A stretch of 63,508 nt of DNA, counting the filler, from Atractiella rhizophila (taxonomy: Eukaryota), in NCBI GenBank assembly GCA_021432655.1. It is 10 parts of 9 records of this genome, joined end to end, with 100 filler letters (N's around TTAATTAATTAA, not from the genome) between each part and the next. Parts side by side here need not be neighbours in the genome. Positions count along the whole stretch, not along the records: positions 20,389 to 27,536 come from MU272237.1; positions 27,637 to 34,763 come from MU272238.1; positions 34,864 to 41,987 come from MU272239.1; 7 more parts are not named here. One strand, given 5' to 3'. Of the stretch, positions 24,801-34,956 are shown piece by piece. The notes beneath the pieces are model-generated. The model was not told the origin of the DNA. It did not search any database and was given only the letters and a program-made list of their open reading frames with translations. How positions within the stretch are numbered: the first letter of the stretch is position 1; each line of letters begins with the position of its first letter. Both the position numbers and the translations under genes were made by a program.

Positions 24801-26785
24801 TAGGTCAGGCGCACTGTATTCGGAATGTGGGAGAGGTTCAAAGGGTCCGCAGTCACAATGATGAAGCGTTGAAGGCTTTCTTGGACGCTCAAGAGCTCTA
24901 TGTTGTGGTGGAAGACCGTCAAGGTCGAGCTCACTGCATTTACAACATTGGCGAGATCGAACGGCAACGCGGCCGCAACGATGAAGCATTGAAAGCGTTC
25001 CTGGACGCAAAGGAACTTTTTCTCTCCGTTGAAAACCGTCAAGGTCAAGCGCACTGCATTCGGAGTATTGGCGCGATTGCGAGTCAACGAAGTCAGAAGG
25101 ATAAAGCTCTGAAGGCATTCATGGACGCAAAGGAGGTTTACATCGCTGTTGAAGACCGTCAAGGGGAAGCCGAGTGCATTCGCCACATTGGCGAGATCGC
25201 CAATCAACGCGGCCAGTTGGATCAAGCATTGCATGATTTCCTGGAGGCGAAAGCTCTTTTCATTGCTGTTGGAGATCGTCAATGTCAAGCTAACTGTATT
25301 GTCTGTATCGGCGGGATCGCGAATCAACGTGGCCAGAGGGACGAAGCGCTGAAGGCTTTCCTGGAAGCGAAGGAGCTTTATATCGCTGTTGAACACTATC
25401 GAGGGCAAGCCGACTGCATTCGCAAGATTGGAGAGATCGAACAGAATAGGGGCAACACTGAAAAGGCGTTGAACGCCTTTCTGGAGGCGAAGGAGCTTTA
25501 CATCACTGTCCAACACCGTCAAGGTGAAGCCCATTGCATTCTCAAGATTGGCGAGATCGAACAGCATAGCGGTAACACTGAAAAGGCGTTGAAGGCTTTC
25601 TTAGATGCACAAAGGCTTTACGTCGCCGTTGAATACCTTCAAGGTCAAGCACACTGTATTCGACATGTCGGCCAGATCGATATGCAACGTAGCCGTAAAG
25701 ATGAAGCGTTGAAGGCTTTCCTAGCCGCGAAGGAGCTTTACGTTGCTGTCGAAGACCTTCAAGGTCAGGCGCACTGTATTCGTAATATGGGAGAGATTCA
25801 AAGGCTCCGAGGTCACAATGAAGAAGCGTTGAAGGCTTTCTTGGACGCTCAAGAGCTCTATGTTGTAGTCGAAGACCGTCAAGGTCAAGCGCACTGTATT
25901 CGACATGTCGGCCAGATCGAAATGCAACGTAGCCGTAAAGATGAAGCGTTGAAGGCTTTCCTAGCCGCGAAGGAGCTTTACACTGCTGTCGAAGACCTTC
26001 AGGGTCAGGCGAACTGCATTTACAATATTGGTGTGATCGCAGAAGATCGGGACCAGAGAGATCAAGCGATGAACGCTTTTATAGATGCACAGGAACTTTA
26101 CGTCGCTGTGGGGAACCGTCGAGGTCAAGCGAACTGCATACGGCATATGGGCTGGATCCAAAAGCTACATGGGCCGAATGAAGCAGCATTGAAGGCGTTC
26201 TCGGACGCAAAGGAACTTTGCGTCGCCATTGAAGACCGTGAAGGTCAAGCCCACTGCAATTATGAAATTGGTGTGTACATGGGTCAATGCGGTCAGAGAG
26301 ATGAAGCGGTGCAAGCTTTCCTGGAAGCGAAGGAGCTTTACATCATTGTGGAAAACCGTCAAGGTCAAGCGCATTGCATTCGAAGTATGGGCCGCATCGA
26401 GCAGCAACGGGGGCACAATGAAGAAGCGCTGAAAGCTTACTTAGACGCGCAGGAACTTTACATCGCTATTGGAGACCGTCAAGGGCAAGCAAATTGCATC
26501 CTATCAATAGCTACTACCCACGCCGCTGACCCCCAAACAATTGAATGGTTATTGCTACAAGCAATTGCTCTGCAACAAGGTGAACAAACTGGTTATAATG
26601 AAGCAGTGTGTCGACAACGCCTGGCGTACCTGTTTTTCAATATCCTGAACTACCGTGACGCTAGAGAGCAAATCACTCGAGCTCGTCGCCTCTATTCTGC
26701 CTGCAATTCAGAAGCGCATATCAAGGATTGCGACAATTTGCTTCTCATCATCCAGGAATTCGAGAATGTGAGACCCACCAACTAG
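21887..26785 (+). CDS. Fungal NLR-like STAND protein: patatin-like domain / NB-ARC-type NTPase / TPR repeats
   Basis: 1632-aa ORF. Patatin motifs LRILSIDNGG, FDLICGVSTGG, WQAARATSAAPQFF and LVSLGAG; Walker A GAAGIGKST; Walker B LLILDNFET; C-terminal 40-aa TPR-like repeats. Probable in-frame intron at 22971-23021. Confidence 0.95.
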   Translation: MTAHRNTSSPPATEYYPPITSPTHTVKIFEVPESVKKASPRGLRILSIDNGGICTFSTLYMLEAIMLQAADQLNVPETEELRPCDIFDLICGVSTGGWIALMLGRLGMTVRQCITAYGDIVNKVFMARTIPEMNGCSYSADLLEASLLAIIQHYSPASEGLPSSIPMRDPFLEERCRTFVVSTYESNIVVSLEMRTYSIPYASLSSTDCTIWQAARATSAAPQFFPPIEFDRTKYVSIGHNNPTALAVEEASRIWGEGSQVACLVSLGAGVAPSIKLGQTPPEIMRALKAIVEDCSKVSNEMKMKMKGRKLGHCYHRFSVDTLGSFRWEEWERTNDVVGCTKAYLEAMGHETYDAAKTLVQCMSFIGVGNALLIVRYLGCNERVAIRRKLPLPFLPACYGRRKEIEKGKAAILNNQQHVAIVGAAGIGKSTVALQILHDQDVKTAFLSTVAEKEEDFRFWVRCDGFPTFLSLSIHLCYDIFALTPLPGKDELTTVREYFRLHKSLLILDNFETPARSDSGNLQAFFQALLSSNSVGSILVVAHRGHLAERVDVAEVRFCKVVVERLDEQTALRLFRHAYVGEDTSEVVVKHITAKLDLHALSIKLFALRANGESTKTLSALAEEWESKKSAVLWDEDSDETPTLAKSISFSLDSPLLKKYNNGGLFILALLSWTPDGLSAEYVEAIHSDKLHTGDCYKIVTAILAVGLAENVNNRLRLLAPIREHINYRVLHCNSPFKMTVMSSLEPLVKLLMSKCQEDIERFEVKGERNALLSFREEYLNLEHVLLVALQHFEHPLDVLLFLSGIWPFLHVKHRLSVRLFQKGLSRAEDFKAKVALVPSPRSEQSLKACTSLTADFSLAVGTALMQQGHLQQAKIHIQDANKLFLLGQDRLGQVQCILRIGDIEQLRGSHDEALKAFLDAKELCDAIEDRRGQAHCLQSIGKTANQRGQRDEALKAFLEAKELYIAVEDLLGQAHCIRNVGEVQRVRSHNDEALKAFLDAQELYVVVEDRQGRAHCIYNIGEIERQRGRNDEALKAFLDAKELFLSVENRQGQAHCIRSIGAIASQRSQKDKALKAFMDAKEVYIAVEDRQGEAECIRHIGEIANQRGQLDQALHDFLEAKALFIAVGDRQCQANCIVCIGGIANQRGQRDEALKAFLEAKELYIAVEHYRGQADCIRKIGEIEQNRGNTEKALNAFLEAKELYITVQHRQGEAHCILKIGEIEQHSGNTEKALKAFLDAQRLYVAVEYLQGQAHCIRHVGQIDMQRSRKDEALKAFLAAKELYVAVEDLQGQAHCIRNMGEIQRLRGHNEEALKAFLDAQELYVVVEDRQGQAHCIRHVGQIEMQRSRKDEALKAFLAAKELYTAVEDLQGQANCIYNIGVIAEDRDQRDQAMNAFIDAQELYVAVGNRRGQANCIRHMGWIQKLHGPNEAALKAFSDAKELCVAIEDREGQAHCNYEIGVYMGQCGQRDEAVQAFLEAKELYIIVENRQGQAHCIRSMGRIEQQRGHNEEALKAYLDAQELYIAIGDRQGQANCILSIATTHAADPQTIEWLLLQAIALQQGEQTGYNEAVCRQRLAYLFFNILNYRDAREQITRARRLYSACNSEAHIKDCDNLLLIIQEFENVRPTN
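24497..26536 (+). repeat. About 17 tandem 120-bp (40-aa) TPR-like repeats with high internal conservation
   Basis: Consensus xDEALKAFLDAKELYxAVEDRQGQAHCIRxIGxIxxQRGx with an exact 120-nt period (unit starts 24497, 24617 ... 26417). Confidence 0.95.
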
Positions 26786-27636
26786 CACGGGGAAAAGGTC
26801 CAGGCTGCCACACGCGCTCAGCTGGTTGTGGTGTGTTTCCTCCAGTCGTTGTAAAACACTGTTGATATTTTTTGTAGGAAAGTCGAAGGAGAAACCAAAT
26901 TTGAGAATGTTGACACGTACTTTCTTATTTATAACGTTATCTTCTAAAAGGAGTAGTTGACTGACTTGTTCGTGGCAATCTTCACACATTAGCTTTAGGC
27001 ATCTACTTGTTCCATCCATCAGATCGCCGAGTTGGTCAAAGCAGCCATAAGTTTCATGCACAAGGACGAGATATATGGGAACTCTCGGAGTTCACGTCAA
27101 CTCACACATCTGCTATGTCTTGAAGATAATCTCTAGTCCTCAGGCTCATAGCTGTTAGATCATGGCCAGCATGTCATAATCGGACCGAGAAAGCCTTTCT
27201 TCGTGGCCGCTCTTTTGCTCATTGACCATGCAAATGATATGGAAGTTTGCTGTCAGAGGTAACAGCGAACTGGCGAAACAACAGAGCATAATGAGCGCAA
27301 GAATAGAGCAGCGGGAGCGAGATATCTCGACCCGCCGAAATCGGATTGAAGAGCGTGCCGTGCGCCGCCATAGGCCTGCCGAGTGTGAGACTCGGATATG
27401 ATGAGGAGACGATATAAAAAGAGCTATGACGCTGTCATACTCTTCACCAATTATTACGAGTGCGAGTGACGAGTGCTGAAGATGGCTTCGCTGAATGATA
27501 CGACGAAAACACTGGTCGAGTCGAAGGAACCAACACNNNNNNNNNNNNNNNNNNNNNNNNNNNNNNNNNNNNNNNNNNNNTTAATTAATTAANNNNNNNN
27601 NNNNNNNNNNNNNNNNNNNNNNNNNNNNNNNNNNNN

Positions 27637-29002
27637 TTCTCTTTGAGCTCTGTCGCGGCGTTAACGTCAGAGGAAGCCGGAATTGTCACACTCGAGGCAG
27701 TCCGTCCAAAAAATCGACTAAAGCCTGAAGGAGCAGGTGGTTTCTTGACCGGCTGTGGAGACGATTGTCGCGTTCGTGGAATTGAAATGTGTGTTTTTGG
27801 GGAAGCTATACCGAATGATGGATACTGTGCAGAGAGGGGTGGGACAGAAGAACCGAGCAGCACTCTGTCCAGGGATCAGTCTACACTTCACAGTTGGCTA
27901 CGTTTAAGCAAACCTTTGGTACTCTGAATTGGAGAAATCTTGAACTTTTGAAGTTGACGCAGCAGCATCACCAGTGACGGTCTGGGCACCGATTCCGCAA
28001 CTTGACAGCACCAGCGACTTCCTAAGATATGTTATGCGACTACATTTGAAAATAATAAAACAACTGACTCGGTAATGCCGCCTTTTAAACCGCTCAGGGT
28101 AACCACGTTTTCCTCCTTTGCCTTTCCTTTGGATGATACGTCGACCGCGAGCTCTTCTTTTGACAAGAGGCAGTGGTCTAACAGGAAACTGACTGATACG
28201 TGCTCTGATGAGGGTAAAGGCTCGGTTGGGAGGAGAAGTGTGACCTAGACAGCACATGAGACATGGAGGAATAAACTTGGGTAAAATAGATCCAAAAGCG
28301 CTAATGCCATTCTAGAGCAATGATATTTTACAGAATGATGTTGCCATTTCAATGAACCACTTGTTATCAGGTCTGCGTAGCTTTGAAGTGATGTAGAGTG
28401 TATAAGTACTAGAATTAAGAATATGCCTTTTATAGCGGGAGGTAGACAACAGATTTTGGCTCTCAAAGGCAAATAGAATATACCAGCAGTTCCCTCAACA
28501 AGCTGAGATTGCTCACCTTTCCTCCTTTCAACGCGTCCCACACCCTATCCAGCGCTTCCCGCTCCTCCTTCTGAGTTCCACCTCCGTTAGCTAACCAAAA
28601 CACCATCTCCCAACCCGTCGTTCCCGCCGACAATCCCAAATCCTGTAATTGAGCCTTGAGATTCTGATCCCTCAATCGATCCTGAACATTCTTTCCCTCC
28701 TCCACCTGTCCATGACCAACATTACTGCTCAAGCCGCTCACACTGGTCGTCTGAGGAGGAGCTTTCTTCCGTGTCTGGTAGGTAAGTCCAAGATATTGAG
28801 GCGAGGTGGATGCGGGTGGGAAGGTGGAAGAGGTAGGTGAGGAAGACAGGAGCGGGTGTACTGAGGCGTCTAGAGGCGTCGTGAGTGTGGCTCTGGACTT
28901 GGTCCCAGTGCCTCGAGAAAGCGATGCGACGGGGGAAGAATTGCGAGGCCGTGGTGGTAGTTCTGGAGGCATTTGTAGCTCTTCTGGGAGATCTGACTTC
29001 AT
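27637..29002 (-). CDS. 5' part of a multi-exon gene, truncated by contig end; possibly a basidiomycete VPS9-domain family N-terminus (tentative)
   Basis: MKSDLPEELQMPPELPPRPR..NLKAQLQDLGLSAGTTGWEMVFWL..VWDALKGGK followed by a GTGAGC donor, with further same-strand frames to 27637. Family call is from recollection only; no VPS9 domain is visible. Confidence 0.4.
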
Positions 29003-29276
29003 GGTGATAATAGAAATTACGAGCAATACCAGTAGGTGTGAGAGAAGCAATGGTAATTAAGTTGCCCAAACAATAAATTTGCTGCGGAAAGCAATGTGTG
29101 AAAAAGGTTATACACTTATGGCGCCAGGTTATGGAGGAACCAAACCATTGGTACTGTCTGCTTTTTGCTTGGTAAAAACGAGCAGATTAATTTGTGGACT
29201 GAAATGAAATGCGAAATGGAGCACCTGTGGCTTATGGCAGCAGCAAAAATGTTCCAGTCAGGACGACAAAAATGGA

Positions 29277-29358
29277 GGGTCTTTCCGTGGATCGAACACG
29301 GGGCCTCTCCCAGACAGTTAAACCCTAAGGGAGAATCATACCACTAGACCAAAAGACC
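29277..29358 (-). tRNA. tRNA-Pro(AGG) with 10-nt intron
   Basis: GGTCTTTTGGTCTAGTGGTATGATTCTCCCTTAGGG[tttaactgtc]TGGGAGAGGCCCCGTGTTCGATCCACGGAAAGACCC. Acceptor stem GGTCTTT/AAAGACC, anticodon stem CTCCC/GGGAG, T-loop TTCGATC, downstream T5 terminator. Confidence 0.95.
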
Positions 29359-30916
29359 TTGTTGATGACGTCTTTGGTCACAAAAATTTTATATTCTATA
29401 GTGGCCCCACTGCTAAACTGGTTGTCCTGAGGTCCACTAACCGAAGTGTATTGATTCTTTGATTCTGGGAAGTTCGAGGTTCAAGCAGGTTCAAGTGTTC
29501 TGAAGGTGTCACAGACGGTGTCTTCAACTTAATAAGAGTCCTGCGCAGTAAGTCCTCTTTCCTTCGTCCTTAGACTTCCTCCCCATCAAACATTTGTTTC
29601 CAAATTTGGCACATCGTATGGATTTGTCTCGTTGGGACAGTAACGTGCGCATAAGAAGTCGTTAAGTGATTACGAAGCATTGGTCAGGATCTTTTGGTAT
29701 TTACAGATAATTTGCTGTTCACGCACATCCTCGGGATCGAGTGACTTCGAAGTACTCAGTAGATATTTAGGGCGATCACTGACCAGCGCGTTTGGTGATC
29801 AGGACATGGTTTCTGTTCAAGTTACTATTAAAATAAGCAAGGTAGGTCTCCGAATTCAAAAAGATTAAGCAGTCTGGCATGTTCGCTACAGGAGGCCTCC
29901 AAAACCCCTTCAAGGTCGTCAAACCTCTTACAAACGATCTCCTCTATCTTCCAACACGTCACCGGCGGCGAAAACCAGGTCTTGAACTGTCCGTCCTCCT
30001 TTTCTATCCAAAATATAGTGATTTATCGCAATTACAAATAGGGAAACTCCCATTCAGGACAGCCTCGTTCGAATCCCAACTCTCATTCGATGCTCGTTTC
30101 CCCTCCTCTGCTTCAGCCCAAAAGCCCTTCATCTCCCAGTCTCAAAATGTCCAGACTTCCAACCGTTCGATCGGTTTAACCCCACGATTGTCCATGGCTG
30201 CGAAACAGGCGCGAAAGAACAACCTCAGGCTCCGATCGCCAAAACAGCCTCTCCTTCCTCCTCCTCTTCCTCAAGCCCTCGTCTCTCAGCCGCATACCGC
30301 CTTCACAATAACGGCCCATCCCACGCCAGCTGTAAATCTTACGGCTTTATCCATGGCGGCTAAACAGGCGAGAAGGCAGGCGCTTAGAATGATTTGAGTC
30401 TTGTTGTGTTGCCCTACCCTTCTTTCTTGTGACAGGAAGAGACGTATCTTCTCATAAGCCTCAATCTTGCGCTCGCTTAGTTCTCACCATCCTCTATTTA
30501 TCTTGCCGCTCATTTGTTCACATCTGTTGCAAAGAATGGGAATCCTATGTTCCAATGGAACTGCGTCCTTTCCAGCACCAAATGAGCAGACGTCGGACCT
30601 ATGATTTCGTGTCTCTGCTTGGACATGAATTGTTGGATTGTGAGGCAAACACGTAGTAAAGCATGCGTCGGGAATCGTGGCCATCCTTCCCAATTCCCAA
30701 GCTGACGCAACCTTCAGACGGGCGAAAACATCAACCAGTCAACCACAGTAGTCTGGTCTAAGAAGCAAAAGGCAGAAATCCTGCTTTGCTAACCAGGCGA
30801 CTTAGAATCGTTGATCATTACCGACGGCGATGCACGCATTATTATCATTACCTCTAAGAAGCCTATCAATCAATGTACAAGAAACCCAACTCCGATTTCC
30901 GATTAGACGCAGACCG

Positions 30917-32999
30917 CTAACGAACGATGCTAAACGCTCCATCGGCAAACCATTTGGAATTAGCCTCATCGATCTTCTTCTGTTGCGCTGAAGGGTCGAC
31001 CACTGTCCGACACAATCCATCAGCTTCCATCCTTTCTACTCCTCACAAGGAGAAAATAGAAAGACGCACGTTCAAGTCCCTGTACTGGCGTAAAGACCAG
31101 CGAACTTGCCAGACCACTCGTGGCCGTCCCACTGGGTCCTTTACCCCTCAAAGCCGCTAGACGGTTCTTATTCATCTTGCTCATCTTCGCTGCACCCACC
31201 AACAACCAGTCATCAGCAACATACAGGCAACGCAAAACCATAGGGAAACTAGTAAGGATAAGATATGAGGAAACGAACCTTTGGACCTCGATTCGCCCAT
31301 CCCGGCACGAACGCGACCGCTGGAAGCACCGACCATTCCCATCCCCTTCGTCTCGTCGTACGCTCCCACCTCTTCCTCCTCCTCTCCAAATCGCATCCTG
31401 TTCTGGAGCTTCCTGAGTTCGGTCTGTGCGAATGCTTCCTTTGCCTTCCGCGCTCTGTTCCCACAGCCGTGTCAGTCAGTAAAAGACGATGGCGGTTGGG
31501 ACGGATGGTGGGATGGGATGGGATGGGACGGTGTTGGGGACTGACCGCTTCCCGCCTCTGCGCGCCTTCTTGCCTTCGGCTGGGACGGGTAAGGCTTTGA
31601 TGATCTTGGTTGGTGGTGGAGCGGCCAACTTTTCGATCTTGCTCTCGATATCCTCCAGGAGCTTATACCCGTAGCTTCCTATTCAACACAAAAACAGTGA
31701 AGACGTCAGCACTTTCAGTCCATGCAGTCCACATCACTTCACAGTCAGTCGATAGATAGAGCAAAATAAAACACATGCCATCCTTATACATCCCCTGCGC
31801 GTCCATCCGCACCGCCAACACACATTTCGCCCCCACCGTCCTCTGCACCTTCTGCCTCAACTCTTCCGGCGCTCCTTGGACGACGGGAGACTGATATATG
31901 AAGCCTGTGTGTCGCTTGAGATGAATGGCCGAGAACCCAGCGGCGAGTTTCCTCTGCGCTCCTAACAGGTGGACGTTGCACGCTGGCATCTTTTGCAGGC
32001 CGTGTAGACCGCCTGCTACTCCGAGAAGTTTGGTGGCGATTCGAGGGCCGAGGATGGCTGAGAGGTTGGGAGCGAGGTATTGGAGTCTGGATTCTACGTA
32101 TTCGAGTATCTACGGCACGAAAACAATAAGCTTCTTCAAAGGACAACAATCGGAAGCACGGGACGGAATGAGAGGACGAACAGTGGTCTTTGCCCCGTAG
32201 AGACTCTCCATCATCTCACACGCCTTCACGACCGTCTGCCACGCCTGTTCGCCCAACTGCGGACACACCGTCGTGCTCACTTGCATGGGGACGACCATGG
32301 CCACCGCCGGCTGGGAAGCGATGATGGGTGCGAGCTGTTCCCTCGTCGCGTTCGCGGTTATGTCTGGCGTGTTTCCGAGGAGGAGGATGGTGCGTGAGTA
32401 TTCGAGCGGGTGGGTGACGAGGGATGCGAGGCCGGAGAAACGGGGGGAGTAGTGGTCCCGTGTGAACTGATGGTCCATCCCATTCCATTTTGTTAGCCCA
32501 GGGATGGGTGTTGGAAGGAGATGCGGTGAGGGACGGACCTTGTGCACGAGGATTATCTCGTTGTCTATTTCTACGGCTAGGTTGTTTGCTTGTACTATCA
32601 ATTTGTATTCCACTGAATCCTCGCTTCCCAAATCCGAGTCGGACGGGTCCTTGGCTTTGAATTCTTCGATCCTCTATACCATGCTACAATCAACCCTCTC
32701 CTATCACGATGAAGACGAAGAAAAAGCAAACAACACACCAGCAACACCTCCGTCGTGCTCTTCCGTCCCATCAACTTAGCCACACCCTCCACACCCCTCA
32801 TACTCTTCAAATCCATCTTCCCCACTTCCTCCTCATCCAACTCATCCGCAGGCTTCACCCCTCCCTCAGGCACGAGCATCCCAACGTCCACCTCCTCGTC
32901 TTTGACCAGCGAGGGGTCCACTTTCATCTCCTCCTCGTTCCCAGAAAGACCGCCGTCTGACCCCGAGAGATCTGCGAGGAGCTCGTCCGCGAGAGACAT
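30917..32999 (-). CDS. PRP31: U4/U6 snRNP splicing factor Prp31 (multi-exon)
   Basis: [99 protein letters not shown]; ends ..[16 protein letters not shown]. Confidence 0.95.
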
Positions 33000-33950
33000 C
33001 GTTGGAAAAAGTGAGTAAGGAGGCGACTAAAAGTTGAGGTCGTCGAAGTTCGCCACACAGTCGCGTCGGCAAATGAAACTTTATGAAAGTGGAGCGGCTG
33101 ATTCCGGTGTTGTCCGACGAAACGACGAGCGAGATAGAAGTGCTGATTACGAGTGACTGCTAGAAGTGGACTCGAGTTGCTGACTGGCAAGGGATAGTTA
33201 GGTGAGCTCTTGCTTTGGACTCGGCGAGGAGAAGTGCTGGTTGTCTTCTTCGAAATGCTCAGTCAGCTCAGCAAAATGTTCAACAACAGTCATGATAGTC
33301 GTATGCCTCTACACGATTTCATTACATTATATTGAGAGAATTCTACCTCAAAGGAGTCTTGGCTGCTGGTAGCTGAGAGGTGACAAATCTTCGGCTATTG
33401 CCGGTAGTCTTCTTGAGCGTTGCCTTTTCTTTCATTGTTTCTGCCATGGTTCCCACTCGTTTACCGAATTTCGAGGGAAGTAGCTGAGAAACAACTTTTT
33501 CTCATGCGGTAGATTGAACGTGAAGCTGAAGAATATTCACATTGCCCACATAGAGGACTAAGAATGCTGAAGCATGTGGCGCACAGAATCATTTAATTCT
33601 CGATAATTTGTTGATGCTCAGTGTTTGTGCCAATTGTCTTCTTTATAATGTTCTTTCAACGTGAACAACCCTTGTTGTCCACCGCACCTTGACCAGATGA
33701 AACATTCATATCCTACTTTTGTCAGATCAATCTCTGCCTGTGTTTAGCGGCGACTATCCTCAGCATCGTTTTTAAAAGACTGCTTCCTACCTACGGTCTC
33801 AGAAGAAATTTCCCACGCCTTTTCCTCCTTTTCGCCACTATAAATCTGTCCTCTTCGTCCCTCGTGCGTTTATTTGTGCAGCATTCTGATGTCTCCTGGG
33901 TCTGCTTTCAGGGTTGCACGCATACACATTCCTTAGGACGACGTAACCCA

Positions 33951-34478
33951 ATGGCCGGAGAAAGTTCTACATCGCTACCTCCTGGGATGGTTTTAGGACC
34001 CGATGGTAAACCATGCAAGGTGCGTATCTGCTCATCTCCACGAACCATCCTCAAACAAAGACAGGCCTGCACCTCGCTCAAACAATTCACCGCGCAAGGA
34101 AAGTTCCTAAAAGCTCAAACGACGCAAAAGCCATGTCCACCAGACCTAGACCAACTAGGAAGACACACATGGACCTTCCTCCACTCCACCTGTTCCTACT
34201 TCCCCGAAACGCCGAGCACCGCGCAAAAATCCTCCTTGCTTTCACTCCTCAAAGCGCTTCCGACCCTTTACCCCTGTCATCATTGTGCGGACCATTTGGG
34301 TACCGCAATGAAGGCCAATCCACCGGATGGGGCGGTGGAGATGGGGAGGAAAGGAGTGGAGAGGTGGATGTGCGAGATGCACAACGAAGTCAATGGCAGA
34401 TTAGGGAAACCTATCTTTGATTGTTCAAAGGCGAGCGAAAGGTGGAGGGACGGCTGGAAGGACGGAAGCTGCGATTAG
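33951..34478 (+). CDS. ERV1: Mitochondrial FAD-linked sulfhydryl oxidase Erv1/ALR (intron 34020-34064)
   Basis: GPDGKPCK|ACTS (shuttle CxxC completed by splicing), CPPDLDQLGRHTWTFLH, YPCHHCA, WMCEMHNEVNGRLGKPIFDC, RWRDGWKDGSCD. Confidence 0.95.
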   Translation: MAGESSTSLPPGMVLGPDGKPCKVRICSSPRTILKQRQACTSLKQFTAQGKFLKAQTTQKPCPPDLDQLGRHTWTFLHSTCSYFPETPSTAQKSSLLSLLKALPTLYPCHHCADHLGTAMKANPPDGAVEMGRKGVERWMCEMHNEVNGRLGKPIFDCSKASERWRDGWKDGSCD

Positions 34479-34956
34479 ATCGACTCCTCGACCCGACCCG
34501 TGTAATTAATTTATTCCTACATTGCATTTGCATCGCACAATTCATAATTCTACTCCTACTCTCTCATCCTTTATTTATTGTGTCACCTCGTCGAATTTCC
34601 GTTTCAGGTGCTCTTTGGCCCGTTTCCTCTTTCCATGTCCCTTCCGCTTCGAGCTTTCTCCACCATGTGCCCCACCTCTTTGTACCTCTTCCGTCCCTTC
34701 CTGCTCTGCAGGCATGTCTTCCTTCGCCGCCTCCTCCAATGCTCGCTTTGAATAGACAGTCAGNNNNNNNNNNNNNNNNNNNNNNNNNNNNNNNNNNNNN
34801 NNNNNNNTTAATTAATTAANNNNNNNNNNNNNNNNNNNNNNNNNNNNNNNNNNNNNNNNNNNNGAGAAAGCGTTTCAACAGGATCGATGCACGAAATATG
34901 ACTGATGATATGCGAAAATACTGTCAGTTAAACACTCCATCAAGGAAAAGTTATGA

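Noticed and set aside
24456..26432. Long antisense and alternate-frame ORFs over the TPR region
   Set aside because: Shadow ORFs of the repetitive NLR coding sequence.
26708..27300. Convergent minus-strand ORF overlapping the NLR 3' end as a partner gene
   Set aside because: No motif, upstream frames are full of stops, and coding status is unsupported.
31500..31530. (GGGAT)n repeat, and (TTG)n at ~1568-1583
   Set aside because: Ordinary intronic or intergenic microsatellites.
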